From the NCBI GenBank assembly GCA_016186625.1, contig JACPLG010000008.1, forward strand, positions 80,689-144,688: a DNA stretch of 64,000 nucleotides, in the 5' to 3' direction. A program made the translations under genes and the position numbers. Below are positions 61,758 through 64,000 of this stretch, piece after piece. The notes under the pieces were generated by a model. The model was not told the DNA's origin and did no database searches. It saw only the letters and a list, made by a program, of their open reading frames with translations. How positions within the stretch are numbered: the stretch's first letter is position 1; each line of letters begins with the position of its first letter. This DNA is from Candidatus Levyibacteriota bacterium (GTDB lineage Bacteria; Patescibacteriota; Microgenomatia; Levybacterales; UBA12049).

Positions 61758-62698
61758 ATTAACACTGAAAAAAGGAAAATTAACTCGGAAATTACCAAGA
61801 TTATTCTTGAAAAAATTGAGACAGCCCCGGCATCTTGGACACTTAAGATTTGAGATAACCCTAAAGTCACAACAAGTTCCCTTACCCCAAGACCCATCGG
61901 GGTTATAAAACTAAGATACCCTATTAAAAGAGAAAATACAAAAAAAGAACCAAGTATTAAAAAAAGATTAAGTCCAAGTGAAAAAATTGAGATAAAAATA
62001 AAATAATTACCTGTCCCAAAAATAAAATATGTTAAAACCGAAAATAGTATAAGTTTGATTTTCGATTTTCCGCTGAATCCCGGAAGAAGGTAGTTTGATA
62101 CTCGTTTTGTAGCTGAATATTTTTTATTATAGATTATGCCTGTTACTATGAAGAAGATAAAAGTCGCAATAAGTACTAGCGGTAAAAGGGATATTAGTTT
62201 TGTTTGCAATGTCCCCGGGTTAAGAAACCACGGAATCGAAAATATTGAAACAATACCGCAGCCTATTATGACAAGCTGAATATCCGCAATAATTGAAACG
62301 CCGAGAGTTTTTTTATCAATTCCAAGAGCGCTAAATTGCTCCGCACGGCCTAAAAATGACCAGATGTTGCCGGGCGTATACCTTTTTAACTCCGAAAAAG
62401 AAAATCTATATGTGTTTTCTCTAAAATTTATTTTATATCCAAGTTCGGCAAGTTCCAGCTGCCAGAGAAAGCTTCGCATAAGAAAATAAATAAAAAATGC
62501 AAAAATTCCCAGGATTAGATAGAGGAGACTTATATTGCCAAGATTTATGTTAAGCTCGGTACTTTTATCGGCAATAAGTTTGAGAATAAATAAAATTGAA
62601 ACAAATGAGATCGGCCAACCGATTAAAAACTTCCCCCAGGAAATTAGTTGATTTTTGTTTACGCCCACCAAGTTTATTATATATTTTTTATGGAGCAA
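61730..62698 (-). CDS. Flippase-like/lysylphosphatidylglycerol-synthase-TM-family membrane protein (UPF0104)
   Basis: YTPGNIWSFLGRAEQ motif; 8 TM segments. Confidence 0.45.
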   Translation of the reverse strand: MLHKKYIINLVGVNKNQLISWGKFLIGWPISFVSILFILKLIADKSTELNINLGNISLLYLILGIFAFFIYFLMRSFLWQLELAELGYKINFRENTYRFSFSELKRYTPGNIWSFLGRAEQFSALGIDKKTLGVSIIADIQLVIIGCGIVSIFSIPWFLNPGTLQTKLISLLPLVLIATFIFFIVTGIIYNKKYSATKRVSNYLLPGFSGKSKIKLILFSVLTYFIFGTGNYFIFISIFSLGLNLFLILGSFFVFSLLIGYLSFITPMGLGVRELVVTLGLSQILSVQDAGAVSIFSRIILVISELIFLFSVLIWEKSYRKI

Positions 62699-62713
62699 TT
62701 GTAGGCCTCCGGC

Positions 62714-63295
62714 CTAGAGAGCCTGTTGTACGGTGGGAGTTGGGGTAAAAGTTGGGGTTGGAGACGACTGGGCCCCACTATATACAAAATTTCTCGTGAG
62801 TGTTTTTTGAGCGTTACCCACAACGCTTTTTACCCTTAGATCAAATTTAATATTTCCGTTTGGAAGATTATAAAGAGCGATTGATCTGTCATCATATGAA
62901 GACCAAGTGCCATTGCTTATTCGATAAGACCAAACAACTGCGCAATAATCTCCGGCAATATAATCTATATCAACCATCACTGGATTATCCGATACGTTTT
63001 CATTTTCATCAGGATTTGAAATTGAAATATCACCGATTCCGCTTTTGCACGCCTCTTTAGTTACAATGATTTCTTTTTCGTTTGGCGCAGCCTGTGTGAT
63101 AACAATAGTTTCATTTTTAGCGTTATCCTTTTCACTGCCCTTACTGCCTGTTAAATTGTTTAGATTTAGAATAATAACGGTTAAAAGAACTGGAATAGTA
63201 AGAAGAGCAGTGAAAAATTCAATGTGCGGTTTTTTGGTATGAAACTCCTTAATTGATCTCTTTAATCTCGTCCAGCTATGCTTAATGCCTTCCAT
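62714..63295 (-). CDS. Membrane-anchored hypothetical protein with PT-linker
   Basis: TM, then SPTPTFTPTPT tail. Confidence 0.35.
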   Translation of the reverse strand: MEGIKHSWTRLKRSIKEFHTKKPHIEFFTALLTIPVLLTVIILNLNNLTGSKGSEKDNAKNETIVITQAAPNEKEIIVTKEACKSGIGDISISNPDENENVSDNPVMVDIDYIAGDYCAVVWSYRISNGTWSSYDDRSIALYNLPNGNIKFDLRVKSVVGNAQKTLTRNFVYSGAQSSPTPTFTPTPTVQQAL

Positions 63296-63357
63296 GTGAT
63301 AAAAAATGACCCCTCCGAGCCATTATCATTGTATCAGATTGATCCATTTTTGCAAAT

Positions 63358-63390
63358 TTGTTGAGGATTATGAGGCTATCTGATAAAATG
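63358..63390 (+). promoter_or_regulatory. Candidate promoter TTGTTG-N17-TGATAAAAT driving the tRNA-Arg locus
   Basis: ttgttgaggattatgaggctatctgataaaat; the tRNA fragment starts ~8 nt downstream. Confidence 0.4.
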
Positions 63391-63396
63391 AATGCG

Positions 63397-63438
63397 TGCA
63401 CCCGTAGCTCAATGGATAGAGCACATCGCTTCGGATCA
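63397..63438 (+). pseudogene. tRNA-Arg(TCG) 5'-fragment (acceptor + D-arm + anticodon loop CTTCGGA, no T-arm)
   Basis: GCACCCGTAGCTCAATGGATAGAGCACATCGCTTCGGATCAC; no matching 3' half downstream. Confidence 0.4.
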
Positions 63439-63478
63439 CAAATTGATTTCAAAGCACAAATAACTTATAATTTGAGCT

Positions 63479-63916
63479 ATGAAGAGATGTAGTAGGTGTA
63501 AAAAAGAAAAGTCTATTGAAGATTTTAATTTTAAAAATAGAGCTAAGCAGACTCGGCAATATCAGTGCAAAGATTGCAGCCGAATATATATAAGGTCACA
63601 TTATGAAAGAAACAAGAAGTACTATCTTTTAAAAGCAAAGCTCAGAAATGAAGCAAACAGAAAGGAAATCAAAGCATATATATGGAATTTTCTCAATAGT
63701 AATCCATGCGTAGACTGTGGGGAGAAAGATCCGATAGTTTTAGAATTCGATCACTTATCGGACAAGATAGCAGATATCTCCGCAATGTACAGAAATTATA
63801 ATTTGCAAAAAGTTAAAAGTGAAATTGAAAAGTGTCAGGTCAGATGCGCAAATTGTCATAGAAGAAAAACGGCAAATGAGCAGGGATGGAATAAAAATTT
63901 TGCCTCTGTAGCTTAA
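63479..63916 (+). CDS. HNH endonuclease with N-terminal CxxC...CxxC zinc finger
   Basis: CVDCGEKDPIVLEFDHLSDK...CQVRCANCHRRKT (HNH). The 3' end overlaps the tRNA-Arg 5' end by ~15 nt. Confidence 0.7.
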   Translation: MKRCSRCKKEKSIEDFNFKNRAKQTRQYQCKDCSRIYIRSHYERNKKYYLLKAKLRNEANRKEIKAYIWNFLNSNPCVDCGEKDPIVLEFDHLSDKIADISAMYRNYNLQKVKSEIEKCQVRCANCHRRKTANEQGWNKNFASVA

Positions 63917-63973
63917 CGGATAAAGCGCTGGTCTTCGGAACCAGTAATGCGGGTTCGATTCCTGCCAGGGGCG
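63902..63973 (+). tRNA. tRNA-Arg (anticodon TCG)
   Basis: GCCTCTGTAGCTTAACGGATAAAGCGCTGGTCTTCGGAACCAGTAATGCGGGTTCGATTCCTGCCAGGGGCG. Confidence 0.75.
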
Positions 63974-64000
63974 CAACGTATTGCTGCAAGGTAGCACGTT

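Noticed and set aside
63397-63973. Group I intron with HNH ORF inside tRNA-Arg
   Set aside because: The 5' fragment has no matching 3' exon (no CGGGTGC acceptor strand or second T-arm downstream), and the downstream tRNA is complete on its own.
1-64000. CRISPR arrays
   Set aside because: REP-1 and REP-2 copies are dispersed kilobases apart, not in regularly spaced repeat-spacer arrays; no cas gene motifs recognised.

Overview
The window is low-GC bacterial DNA (about 38-40% GC by eye) with the gene content and style of a small-genome Patescibacteria/CPR-like organism. Many envelope proteins carry Pro/Thr-rich linkers, and ThrRS and trigger factor are truncated. The core genes are the classical thrS-infC-rpmI-rplT...pheS-pheT cluster, split by inserted genes. 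Further core genes are tig, alr, carA-carB-pyrB, dacA-like, nadD-nadE, dinB, and about 14 tRNA genes. Selfish DNA is dense. Two distinct REP-associated tyrosine transposases (RAYT, IS200-like) are present, each flanked by its own palindromic REP family. Copies of those REPs lie elsewhere in the window, some in-frame inside genes. Short MITE-like elements sit at tRNA 3' ends, marked by partial tRNA direct repeats; one copy carries a GIY-YIG nuclease gene. An HNH endonuclease gene lies between a tRNA 5' fragment and an intact tRNA-Arg. The most unusual region is 40.0-48.5 kb. It holds a compact, somewhat GC-richer cluster encoding a standalone AlaRS catalytic-domain paralog, an APH-like kinase, an S51 peptidase, a Gfo/Idh/MocA oxidoreductase, a 2OG-Fe(II) oxygenase-like protein, a class IV aminotransferase and a P-loop kinase. 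Two of its genes are preceded by a repeated promoter/operator. I read this as a candidate undescribed small-molecule biosynthetic cluster. A second candidate novelty is a pair of paralogous, GC-richer small-ORF loci (9.0-9.4 kb and 13.5-14.5 kb), each preceded by a conserved leader with an anti-antiterminator/antiterminator/terminator arrangement. All calls rest on motif recognition by eye; no database search was possible.
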